NCBI GenBank assembly: GCA_003056145.1
Contig: LSNL01000001.1
Span: forward strand, 9,351 to 73,350
DNA: 64,000 nucleotides
Reading direction: 5' to 3'
Source of the DNA: Parcubacteria group bacterium M10-OD1-1
Lineage (GTDB): Bacteria; Patescibacteriota; Minisyncoccia; Moranbacterales; UBA2206
Part shown: positions 48,540 to 57,714 of the stretch, piece after piece
Layout: each line of letters opens with the position of its first letter
How positions within the stretch are numbered: position 1 is the stretch's first letter
Notes under the pieces: model-generated
The model's input: only the letters and a program-made list of their open reading frames with translations
What the model was told of the DNA's origin: nothing
Database searches by the model: none
Translations under genes and position numbers: made by a program

Positions 48540-49214
48540 ATGTATTACCTTCACAGTTTAGGAATTTTTATTAGTCCTAGTATTCATTTTTTTCTTCAGG
48601 AGGGTGTTCCTTTTGATACTATCATTCTAATTCTTATGCTCCCAATTATCGCTACTTTAATTGCTTTTTTTGGACAAGTTTTAGGAATTAAAGCTTTTGG
48701 AATTTACACTCCTTTGATTGTAACCTTTGCTTTTTTAGCTACTAATGGAATTAAGTATGGCATTACTATTTTTGTTTCTATTATTTTAATTGGAATGGTG
48801 ATGCGTTTCATTTTAAAACCTTTCCGGCTTCTTTATCTGCCTCGTGTCGCTATAATGCTAACTGCTGTAGCAATTTTAACTTTAGGTCTTTTAGTTTTTG
48901 GTGGTGGGCTTAGAAGAACTGGACTAGCCGCCGTTTCTATTTTTCCTATTCTTATTATGATTACTTTAGTAGAAAAATTTGTAGCGGTTCAAATTGAAAA
49001 AGGAAATAAAGCAGCTTTAATTCTAACCTTAGAGACTCTTTTTATTTCAATTATTGGTTTTTTTATTGCTAGCTCCGAACCACTTATTAAACTCATTGCT
49101 TTGAGACCTTGGGTTATTTTATTAACTATTCCTTTAAATATTCTTTTAGGAAAATGGACTGGATTAAGAGTAAGTGAATATTTTCGCTTTAGGGAGATTT
49201 TTAAATATTTGTAA
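48540..49214 (+). CDS. 7-TM membrane protein of the type associated with RimK-like ligase / retropepsin-like protease cassettes (7TM_transglut-like)
   Basis: It has 6-7 predicted TM helices and sits immediately upstream of the ATP-grasp-retropepsin fusion. Confidence 0.45.
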   Translation: MYYLHSLGIFISPSIHFFLQEGVPFDTIILILMLPIIATLIAFFGQVLGIKAFGIYTPLIVTFAFLATNGIKYGITIFVSIILIGMVMRFILKPFRLLYLPRVAIMLTAVAILTLGLLVFGGGLRRTGLAAVSIFPILIMITLVEKFVAVQIEKGNKAALILTLETLFISIIGFFIASSEPLIKLIALRPWVILLTIPLNILLGKWTGLRVSEYFRFREIFKYL

Positions 49215-49217
49215 ACC

Positions 49218-50612
49218 ATGTTAGATTTTTTCAAAAAAAGTCGCCAGATTTTAGGAATGAATTCTAGAAATTTAGAATTCATTCGTCCTTTTAATTTAAA
49301 ACGAGCTAAACGCCTAGCTGATGATAAATTAAAAAGTAAAAAAATCTTACAAAAAAATAATTTATCTGTTCCTAAGTTAATTACTAAAATTTCCTCTCAT
49401 AAAGAATTGGATAATTTTGATTGGCAATCGCTCCCTAATAGTTTTGCTTTAAAACCCAATCGAGGTTTTGGTGGAGAAGGAATTTTGGTTGTTTACGGCA
49501 AGAAAAAAGGTCGTGATGATACTTGGGTAAAAGCTAACCGCTCTTTAGTTACTATTGAAGATTTAAAAATTCATATTAGAAATATTTTAGATGGTTTCTT
49601 CTCTCTTTCTGGAACTCCCGACATCGCCTTTTTTGAAGAACGACTTCAATTATTAAAACTTTTTAAACCTTATTCTTATCGAGGAATTCCTGATATCCGA
49701 GTTTTAGTTTTTAATAAGGTTCCTATTATGGCTATGCTCCGCCTACCCACTAAAAGTTCCAATGGGAAAGCTAATTTACAGCAAGGAGCTATTGGCTTAG
49801 GCATTGATATGGCAACTGGAACCACTACAACTGCTGTTTTAGGAAAAAATAAAATAATTGATTATGTTCCTAAAACTAGAATGCTTCTTTCTGGAATAAA
49901 AATTCCTTATTGGAAAGATATTCTTGCTTTAGCTATAAAGTCACAAGATGTTTCTGGTTTGGGTTTCCTAGGTGCCGATATTGCTATTGATAAAGTTCAT
50001 GGACCAGTTATTATTGAGCTTAATGCTCGCCCAGGACTCTCTATTCAAATTGCTAATTTAGCTGGTTTAAAAGGTCGCTTAAAAAAAATATCTGGTTTAA
50101 AAATTAAAACTTTAGCTCGAGGTATGAGAGTGGGCATAGATCTTTTTGGAGGAGAGATTGAAGAAGAATTAGAAGAAGTTTCTGGAAAAAAAGTTATCGG
50201 TACTATAGAAAAAGTAAAACTTATTAGCAAAGAAAAAAATGAAATAGAAATTTCCGCTAAAATTGATACAGGCGCTGGCTTTTCTTCTATTGATACAAAT
50301 TTAGCTAAACAATTAGGTTTTGAAAAAACAGTTTCTGAATACGAAAAATTAAATATAGATTATGAAAAAATAAAAAAACTTAATTCCGAAGAAAGAAAAG
50401 AATTATTTAAAAACATTCCCGATTTAGCTGATACGATAATTGTTCACTCTTCGCATGGCACCACTTATCGACCAATGATAAAAATTTATCTAATTATGGA
50501 CAATACCAAGATTCCTGTTACTGTCTCTATCATTGATCGTTCTAATTTAAAAATGCCCATGATTATTGGCAAAAGAAATCTTCAAAGATTTTTAATTGAT
50601 GTAACTAAATAA
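49218..50612 (+). CDS. RimK-related ATP-grasp ligase (alpha-L-glutamate ligase-like) fused to a retropepsin-like 'putative ATP-dependent zinc protease' domain
   Basis: The N-terminal ATP-grasp part carries KPNRGFGGEGILVV and IIELNARPGLSIQ. The C-terminal ~130 aa carries the aspartic-protease-like AKIDTGAGFSSID. Confidence 0.6.
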   Translation: MLDFFKKSRQILGMNSRNLEFIRPFNLKRAKRLADDKLKSKKILQKNNLSVPKLITKISSHKELDNFDWQSLPNSFALKPNRGFGGEGILVVYGKKKGRDDTWVKANRSLVTIEDLKIHIRNILDGFFSLSGTPDIAFFEERLQLLKLFKPYSYRGIPDIRVLVFNKVPIMAMLRLPTKSSNGKANLQQGAIGLGIDMATGTTTTAVLGKNKIIDYVPKTRMLLSGIKIPYWKDILALAIKSQDVSGLGFLGADIAIDKVHGPVIIELNARPGLSIQIANLAGLKGRLKKISGLKIKTLARGMRVGIDLFGGEIEEELEEVSGKKVIGTIEKVKLISKEKNEIEISAKIDTGAGFSSIDTNLAKQLGFEKTVSEYEKLNIDYEKIKKLNSEERKELFKNIPDLADTIIVHSSHGTTYRPMIKIYLIMDNTKIPVTVSIIDRSNLKMPMIIGKRNLQRFLIDVTK

Positions 50613-50613
50613 A

Positions 50614-51555
50614 ATGAAAAAAGTAATGATTCTTTTTGGTAAGAGTAATTGGCAAAAAGCCAAACCTTTCGCCAATAAAGATTATCAATATTCTTACGAA
50701 TATTTTTATGATCTTTGTCAAAAAAATAATATTCAAATGTATCGCGCCTCTTATCAATGGTATGACTACAAAAAACATCTTTTTAAACACGCCTGGATTT
50801 TTGAAGGCAAAGGTGGACAATGGAAAAAAGTAACTAATATTAAACCCGATCTTGTTTATGATAAAACTAAAGCTCGCCGAGAGGTTTATTATAAAAAAGA
50901 ACTTATTAGAGAATATTATCCTTTTCTTAATGATTTAGAATTCACTGAATTAGTTGATGATAAATTAACTACTAGTCTTCTTTTCCCTCAATGGAGTAAA
51001 AAGAATTGGTTAATAAAAAATCAAACTGACTTAAAACATTTTTTACCCCAAATAAAAACTCGCCTAGCAGTTTTAAAGCCACTAGCTGATAGTGGCGGTA
51101 AAGGTATTCAAATTTTAAAAAAATCTGAGATACTAGAGAAAGCTCAACTAGGACGACCTTATTTATTACAAAATTTTATAGACTCATCTAAAGGCGTTCC
51201 TGGAGTTAGTTATCATATGCATGACTTGAGATTAGTCTTTGTTAATAATAAATATATTTATTCTTATATTAGAGAACCAAATCAAGGAAGTTATTTAGCT
51301 AATTTAGCTCAAGGAGGTAAACTTATTATTGTCCCTGAAAATAAATTACCCCAATCATTGAATCCAATCATAGAAGAAGTTAATGAAACTTTCAAAACTT
51401 TTTCCCCGCGAATTTACGCTATTGATTTTATGTTTGATGAAAAAAAACAACCTTGGATAGTAGAACTTAATTCTATGCCAGGATTATATTTTACCCCAGA
51501 GGAAAAACCATATATGCTTAAAATGTACAAAGAACTATTACAAGTATTTAAATAA
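50614..51555 (+). CDS. ATP-grasp ligase, YheC/YheD-like
   Basis: LKPLADSGGKGIQIL and WIVELNSMPG are ATP-grasp C-terminal motifs. Confidence 0.5.
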   Translation: MKKVMILFGKSNWQKAKPFANKDYQYSYEYFYDLCQKNNIQMYRASYQWYDYKKHLFKHAWIFEGKGGQWKKVTNIKPDLVYDKTKARREVYYKKELIREYYPFLNDLEFTELVDDKLTTSLLFPQWSKKNWLIKNQTDLKHFLPQIKTRLAVLKPLADSGGKGIQILKKSEILEKAQLGRPYLLQNFIDSSKGVPGVSYHMHDLRLVFVNNKYIYSYIREPNQGSYLANLAQGGKLIIVPENKLPQSLNPIIEEVNETFKTFSPRIYAIDFMFDEKKQPWIVELNSMPGLYFTPEEKPYMLKMYKELLQVFK

Positions 51556-51569
51556 TCAATAAGAGGATA

Positions 51570-52436
51570 TTGAAAAAAATAAACTTCGCAATCATCGGCT
51601 CGCTAACTGAAAATACCTTAGACTTAAAAAATGAGATTAAAAAAAGAGGATTTTTTGTTTCTGTTTTTTCTCTAAATAGCGTCTTCTTGGAATTTAACAG
51701 CAATAATTTTATTGCCAGAAATAAGAAAATTTCTCTTAATGATTTTGATATTTTTCTTTTTAGAGCTTATAATAAAAACTTTAGAGAAGCTAGAATTTTA
51801 GCTGAAGCTTTACTAGCTAAAAATAAAATTGTTATTGATACTGTTTTAGGTTTAAATATGATCAATAGTAAAATTTATGAAGCTAGTAAATTAAATCAAG
51901 CAGGAATTAACTATCCTAAAACATGGCAATCAATTTGGGGGAGGAATTATAATGAGATTCTTAAAAAAATAGATTTTCCTCTTATTGTAAAACCTATTTA
52001 CGGACAAAAAGGTCAAGGAGTAGAAAAAATAGAAAATGAGCAGGACTTTATAAAATTTTTTGAAACTAATCCCAAGGGATATTTAATGCAAGAGTTTTTT
52101 AAAATTGATGGAGATATTAGAGTTTTTATTGTTAATGGAAAGATTTTAGGAGGAATAAAAAGATACCTCACAAAAAATGATTTTCGCTCAAATATTTCCT
52201 TAGGTGCTAAAATAAAAAAAATAGACCTAACCGATGAAATGAAAAAAATTGCTATTAAGGCTGCTAATGCTATGCAATATGAAATTGCTGGAGTTGATCT
52301 CATTGAATATAAAAATAAAATTTATGTTTTAGAGGTTAATTCAACTCCTCAATGGCAAGGATTTAAAAAGGCTACTGGAATTAATCCAGCTAAGGAGATA
52401 ATTACATATGCCCTAAAAAAATATGAGAAAATATAA
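51570..52436 (+). CDS. RimK-family ATP-grasp ligase
   Basis: The segments PLIVKPIYGQKGQGV, DIRVFIVNGKILGGIKR, DFRSNISLGAK and YVLEVNSTPQWQGF match RimK-type ligases. Confidence 0.6.
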   Translation: MKKINFAIIGSLTENTLDLKNEIKKRGFFVSVFSLNSVFLEFNSNNFIARNKKISLNDFDIFLFRAYNKNFREARILAEALLAKNKIVIDTVLGLNMINSKIYEASKLNQAGINYPKTWQSIWGRNYNEILKKIDFPLIVKPIYGQKGQGVEKIENEQDFIKFFETNPKGYLMQEFFKIDGDIRVFIVNGKILGGIKRYLTKNDFRSNISLGAKIKKIDLTDEMKKIAIKAANAMQYEIAGVDLIEYKNKIYVLEVNSTPQWQGFKKATGINPAKEIITYALKKYEKI

Positions 52437-53385
52437 AGTAGGTTTTTTAAAGAAAGCCCAAGGTGTTTTCTCTAAAAATACGATAAAAAACATAGAAAAT
52501 AAACTCAGAACTATTGATAATATTGAACTTTTTACCGACCTAGATTTTAGAAAAGCCTATGTTTTAAATGGTAATGTTTATATAGAAAATTTTAACCTCA
52601 ACTCACTTGATCTCTATTTCTGGCATGACACAGTAAAGCCAAATGATTGGAAGGGAGATAATTTTAATCTAAATATCCTTTCTGTTTTAGAAAAAAACTG
52701 TTTAGTTATTAACACAAGCCAATCAACAAAAATTACTAATGATAAATTTTTAGCCCATACAATTCTTAAAAAAAATGATTTACCCGTGGCTGACTTCGCA
52801 TTAACTAAAGCAACAGATAAAAATGGTCTCACTAAGGCATTTGAAAATCTTGGTGGTACAGTCTTGATTAAACCGCGATTTGGCGGATGGGGAGTGGGAA
52901 TAATAAGAGTTAATAGCCTAGAAAAATTATTTTCTTCAATTGAAATGCTTTTAAGTTTTTTACCAAATAAAAACCAACAAATTTTATTAGAAAAATATTA
53001 TAAAAATGATCTCAATAAATGGATTTCTGTTATAGTTATTGGAGACAAAGTTGTTTTTGGTTATAGAAAAATAATAGGAGAAAGTTCTGATTGGAAAATT
53101 TATGATCCAGACAAAAAAGACGGAAAAGGTGATAATTCTAAATATATTAATCCGCCTGAAGAATTAAAAAAAATAGCCTTAAAAGCAAAACAAGTCATAG
53201 GCAAAGATATTATAGGTTTTGATTTTATTTATACAAATGAGGGTTATAAAATAATTGATGAAAATGGAAGACCTGGAATATATCCCCAATGTTTAGAAAG
53301 CTCAGGCATTAATATTGAAGATGAAATTGTTAATCTTATTTTATCAAAAATAAAAAACCCAATCTATCTCCGTCTTGAAAAATAG
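52423..53385 (+). CDS. ATP-grasp ligase (RimK-like, divergent)
   Basis: It carries LIKPRFGGWGVGI, ISVIVIGDKVVFGYRK and IIGFDFIYTNEGYKIIDENGRPG. It overlaps the preceding gene by 14 nt. Confidence 0.5.
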   Translation: MRKYKVGFLKKAQGVFSKNTIKNIENKLRTIDNIELFTDLDFRKAYVLNGNVYIENFNLNSLDLYFWHDTVKPNDWKGDNFNLNILSVLEKNCLVINTSQSTKITNDKFLAHTILKKNDLPVADFALTKATDKNGLTKAFENLGGTVLIKPRFGGWGVGIIRVNSLEKLFSSIEMLLSFLPNKNQQILLEKYYKNDLNKWISVIVIGDKVVFGYRKIIGESSDWKIYDPDKKDGKGDNSKYINPPEELKKIALKAKQVIGKDIIGFDFIYTNEGYKIIDENGRPGIYPQCLESSGINIEDEIVNLILSKIKNPIYLRLEK

Positions 53386-53430
53386 TTCCTTTAATAGTAA
53401 ACTTGAGATAATTTAAATCAACAAATTATT

Positions 53431-55974
53431 ATGCATATATTTTCCCCAAAAAAACAAGGACCAGAAAAAGCCTCTCTTCAAAGTACTAAAAAATATACTT
53501 TTTATAAATCTTGGGGTTTTTGGTGGAAAACTTTTCTTTCTTTAGCTTTAATAGGATTTTTATCTATAGCTGGAATCTTCGCCTGGTTTGCAAGAGACCT
53601 CCCTAGCCCAGAAAACTTAACAAATCGTACCATCGCCCAATCCACTAAAATTTATGATCGCACTGGAAAACATTTACTTTATGAAATTCACGGCGAAGAA
53701 AAAAGAACAGAAATACCTTTTTCTCAAATGCCAGATACTTTAAAATATGCCACTATTGCCCTAGAAGATCAGAATTTCTATACCAATCACGGCATAGAAA
53801 TCACCGCTATTATCAGAGCTGGTCTAGCTGATTTACTTCATCGTAGTGCTACTCAAGGAGCCTCAACAATTACCCAGCAGTTAGTCAAGCAAACTATACT
53901 TTCTTCTAAAAAAACTCTTTCTCGTAAAATCAGAGAGGCTATTCTTTCTATTGAGATTAATCAAAAATACTCTAAAAATAAAATATTAGGAATGTATCTC
54001 AATCAAATACCTTATGGTTCTAATGCTTATGGTGTTGAGGCCGCTGCTCAAACTTTTTTTGGAAAACATGCTAGCGAACTTACTTTAGATGAATCAGCTT
54101 TAATTGCTTCTCTTCCTCAAGCTCCATCTCATTTTTCTCCTTATGGAAATTATACTAAAGCCCTAAAAACACGCCAAGAATATGCCCTTGATCAAATGGC
54201 TAAATTAGGCTATATCACTAAACAACAAGCTAAAACAGCCAAAAAAATAGATGTTTTTTCTAAAATAAAACCTTTTTCTGAAAAAATTTCTGCACCTCAT
54301 TTTGTAATGTATATTAAAGATTATTTAGAAAAAAAATACGGCGAACAAAAAATTGAACAAGGTGGTTTAAGTGTTTATACTACTTTAGACTGGGAAAAAC
54401 AACAATTAGCTGAACAGGCTATAAAAAAAGGAGCTGAAAAAAATGCTAAGATTTGGGGAGCCAGTAATGCTGCTTTAGTAGCTATGGATCCAAAGACTGG
54501 TCAAATCTTAGCCATGGTTGGCTCAAAAAATTATTTTGATAAAAGTATTGATGGTCAAGTTAATGTAGCTATCCGTCCTCGTCAACCAGGTTCTTCTTTC
54601 AAACCTTATGTTTATTTAACCGCTTTTGAAAAAGGTTATACTCCAGAAACGCAAATTTGGGATACTAATACAAATTTTTCTACTGAAGATGGGAAAATTT
54701 ATGATCCTAGAAATTATGATGGAAAAAACATCGGTTTAACTCATATGAAAAATGCTCTAGCGATGTCTTTAAATGTTCCAGCCGTTAAAACACTTTATTT
54801 AGCTGGAATAAAAGATTCTATTAAAACTGCCAAAGAAATGGGAATAACTACCCTTAATCATCCAGACCGTTATGGTTTATCTTTAGTTTTAGGTGGTGGC
54901 GAGGTAACTCTCCTTGATCATGTTAACGCTTATTCTACTTTTGCTACTGGAGGAATTCATCATAAAACTGTTTCTATTCTTAAAATCGTAGATAGTTCTG
55001 GTAATATATTAGAACAATATAAAAATAGTCCCGGAGAAAAAATTGTAGATAAAAAATATGTCGCTATGATTGATTATATTCTTTCTACTAATTCCCTTCG
55101 CGCTCCAGTCTTTGGCGTAAATAATCCCTTGCGTTTTGATGATCGACCAGTAGCTGCAAAAACAGGAACTACTAACGCTTGGCGAGATGGTTGGACTATT
55201 GGTTATACACCTTCTTTAGTAGCTGGTGTTTGGGCTGGTAATGATAATAATAGTCCTATGCGAGCTGGGGCTGATGGTTCTTATGTTGCTTCTCCAATTT
55301 GGAAAGATTTTATGGAAAAAGCCTTAAAAAATTATAATATAGAACATTTTCCTAAATACAAAAAAGAAGATACCGGAAAAGATATTATAGATGGAAAATT
55401 AAATATTAAAAAAGAATTTAAGGTTTGTAAAATTCCAGGAACAAAACATGATTACTGTTTAGCTAATAATATTTGTCCAAATAATAAAATTGAAAAAAAG
55501 AAATTTTCTAATATCCACACAATCTTATATTATATAAATAAAAATGATCCACTTGGAGCTCAACCAAAAAATCCAAAAGATGATCCACAATATAAAAATT
55601 GGGAAAAAGGAGTTCAAAAATGGTTAAAAGATAATAAATCATCTAGTAATATTCCCCCCACTAAAGACTGTAAGGAGAGTGATTTTAAAAAATACAAACC
55701 ATCTATTAAAATAATAATTCCCTCAAATAATCAAATAGTTACTACCTCCTCATTACCTATTAAAGCTAATATTTCTGCTGATTATGGAGTTAAAAATATT
55801 ACCATTCAAATTAATGGTAATAAAATTCACTCTACTAATAATAATTCTTTAAATTATACTTATTCAATACCAGAAAAAGAAAAACACACCACTCTTAATA
55901 TAAAAATTTCTTTGGAGGATAATAATGAAAATACAACTTCTGACAATTTAAGTATTCAAACTAATATTCCTTAA
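53431..55974 (+). CDS. Class A penicillin-binding protein (transglycosylase plus transpeptidase) with a ~200-aa C-terminal extension
   Basis: It has an N-terminal TM anchor, a GT51 motif (EDQNFYTNHGI), and the transpeptidase SSFKP, SLN and KTGT motifs. A Cys-containing, Ig-like tail follows aa ~650. Confidence 0.85.
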   Translation: MHIFSPKKQGPEKASLQSTKKYTFYKSWGFWWKTFLSLALIGFLSIAGIFAWFARDLPSPENLTNRTIAQSTKIYDRTGKHLLYEIHGEEKRTEIPFSQMPDTLKYATIALEDQNFYTNHGIEITAIIRAGLADLLHRSATQGASTITQQLVKQTILSSKKTLSRKIREAILSIEINQKYSKNKILGMYLNQIPYGSNAYGVEAAAQTFFGKHASELTLDESALIASLPQAPSHFSPYGNYTKALKTRQEYALDQMAKLGYITKQQAKTAKKIDVFSKIKPFSEKISAPHFVMYIKDYLEKKYGEQKIEQGGLSVYTTLDWEKQQLAEQAIKKGAEKNAKIWGASNAALVAMDPKTGQILAMVGSKNYFDKSIDGQVNVAIRPRQPGSSFKPYVYLTAFEKGYTPETQIWDTNTNFSTEDGKIYDPRNYDGKNIGLTHMKNALAMSLNVPAVKTLYLAGIKDSIKTAKEMGITTLNHPDRYGLSLVLGGGEVTLLDHVNAYSTFATGGIHHKTVSILKIVDSSGNILEQYKNSPGEKIVDKKYVAMIDYILSTNSLRAPVFGVNNPLRFDDRPVAAKTGTTNAWRDGWTIGYTPSLVAGVWAGNDNNSPMRAGADGSYVASPIWKDFMEKALKNYNIEHFPKYKKEDTGKDIIDGKLNIKKEFKVCKIPGTKHDYCLANNICPNNKIEKKKFSNIHTILYYINKNDPLGAQPKNPKDDPQYKNWEKGVQKWLKDNKSSSNIPPTKDCKESDFKKYKPSIKIIIPSNNQIVTTSSLPIKANISADYGVKNITIQINGNKIHSTNNNSLNYTYSIPEKEKHTTLNIKISLEDNNENTTSDNLSIQTNIP

Positions 55975-56249
55975 TTTATTTTTATATATTTAATATTCTC
56001 TCTACCTAATTTATTATTAATTTTTCTAATAATTTTTCTTTTGTTTAAAAATAATTCATTTGCCCAAACACTACTAGTTGATTTTATAAAAATTGTTTTA
56101 TTCTTATAAAAATCTGGCTGAAATTTTCCAAATCCAATACTTCCAAATTCCTCTTTAATAACACTATTAAACATATAAAAAATATCTTTATTGGATAAAT
56201 TTATTTTCAGACTTTTTCTCCTTTGTAAAAGATTTTTAAGTGATTTCAA
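55971..56249 (-). CDS. dciA: DUF721/DciA-like protein (putative replicative helicase loader), downstream of dnaN
   Basis: It is a small basic protein. Its C-terminal region (IFIKSTSSVWANELFLNKRKIIRKINNKLG) fits the DUF721 pattern, and its position next to dnaA-dnaN is typical. Confidence 0.45.
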   Translation of the reverse strand: MKSLKNLLQRRKSLKINLSNKDIFYMFNSVIKEEFGSIGFGKFQPDFYKNKTIFIKSTSSVWANELFLNKRKIIRKINNKLGRENIKYIKIN

Positions 56250-56277
56250 TTTTTTATTTAAATAATTTATTGAGTTT

Positions 56278-57435
56278 TTAGTTTTTTACTGGCATAACTA
56301 TATAAATTAATTCCTCTGAAATTTCATTTGTTTTTTCATTAACTTCTTTTATAGCTACTGGAGTTAATTCTGTATTACTTAAAATAGCTATTTTAGAAGA
56401 AGAAATTATATTAACTCCATCTAATAAGTATTTTGAATTAAAAACTATTTCTTGAGATACTCCTGTAATCTCAAAATTAACCTCTGTGGAGTTTTCTCCT
56501 GTTTCTGAGTTAGCTGATAACATAAAGATTTTTTTATTTTCCTGGTCAATTTTAAGCGTAATCTCACTACTATTATTAGAAGAGAAAATACTACTTAATT
56601 TTATAGCATTTTGAATTATAGATTTATCTCCAATAATTTTAGTTTTGTATTCTTTAGGTATAATTTGTTTATAATCTGGATATTTACCATCAATTAAACG
56701 AGAAACTATTTTAATTCCATCTATTTCAAAAAAAATCTGACTTTCTTCAATAGTTATTTTTATTTTCTCATTAAAATCATTACTTATTATTCTATTAAGT
56801 TCTATTATCGTATTAGAAGGAACTATTATATTATTATTCTCTTTAATAAAATTATTATAAATTTCATTATTTAAAGTAAATTCAGTAGCTTTTATTTTAA
56901 ATTCCGCTAATCTAAAACTATCCGTAGCTGCTAAAGATATTTCCTCTTCATTAAAAATAAAATTAATTCCTGTTAATTCTTGTCTTGATTCATTTAAGGC
57001 GACAGCCGATAAAACACTACTTAAAGCTTTTTTTAATTTATCTGCTGAAATTTCTAAAAGATGATCGTTTTTTTTAATTGGTATTAAAGGAAAATCATCA
57101 GCAGGAATTCCCATGATAATAGCTTTATTTTTACTACTTTTAATTTTTAATTTATTATCAACCACTTCTAAGGATATATTATCCTCACTTAGTAAATTAT
57201 TAATAAAATTACTAATTACTTTAGCTGGAATAGTAATTTTTCCTTCTTTTTCTATTTTTGCTCCTATTTTAGAAGATACGCCTATTTCTAAATTAGTAGC
57301 TGATAATCTTAATCCTCCATTATCTGTTTCAAATAAAATATTATTTAAAATAGGTAAGGTATTTTTCTTAGCTACTACTCGTTCACAATTAAAGATAGCT
57401 TTTTTTAAATTTTCCTGAGTGCAAATAATTTTCAT
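56278..57435 (-). CDS. dnaN: DNA polymerase III beta sliding clamp
   Basis: The N-terminus MKIICTQENLKKAI...LPILNNILFET and three-domain length (385 aa), directly downstream of dnaA, support the call. Confidence 0.9.
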   Translation of the reverse strand: MKIICTQENLKKAIFNCERVVAKKNTLPILNNILFETDNGGLRLSATNLEIGVSSKIGAKIEKEGKITIPAKVISNFINNLLSEDNISLEVVDNKLKIKSSKNKAIIMGIPADDFPLIPIKKNDHLLEISADKLKKALSSVLSAVALNESRQELTGINFIFNEEEISLAATDSFRLAEFKIKATEFTLNNEIYNNFIKENNNIIVPSNTIIELNRIISNDFNEKIKITIEESQIFFEIDGIKIVSRLIDGKYPDYKQIIPKEYKTKIIGDKSIIQNAIKLSSIFSSNNSSEITLKIDQENKKIFMLSANSETGENSTEVNFEITGVSQEIVFNSKYLLDGVNIISSSKIAILSNTELTPVAIKEVNEKTNEISEELIYIVMPVKN

Positions 57436-57714
57436 AATAGTATTATTATAGTTAATTTAATTAATATAATATTATTACTAATACTATAAAAGGGTATTCT
57501 AGTTGATAACTAGAAATAACAGTTTAAATAAGGTAATAATATTAGTGGACAATTAGTGAATATTTGATGTTTTATAGGGTAGGTAATGAGGTGATTAAAA
57601 TGAGAAAAAACTTTTTTTAAAAAAACAATCATCTTAAGAACAGGGATATACTTATTTTAAAAACATACTTATCTACTTACTTATCAATATGTTATTAACA
57701 ACTTATTAACAAAA
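57436..57714. promoter_or_regulatory. Candidate oriC / DnaA-box region in the dnaA-dnaN intergenic spacer (AT-rich)
   Basis: It contains near-consensus DnaA boxes (agtggacaa = TTGTCCACT rc, ttatctact, ttatcaata, gttgataac) within >75% AT sequence. Further boxes lie upstream of dnaA at 59095-59388 (agtggatag). Confidence 0.4.
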
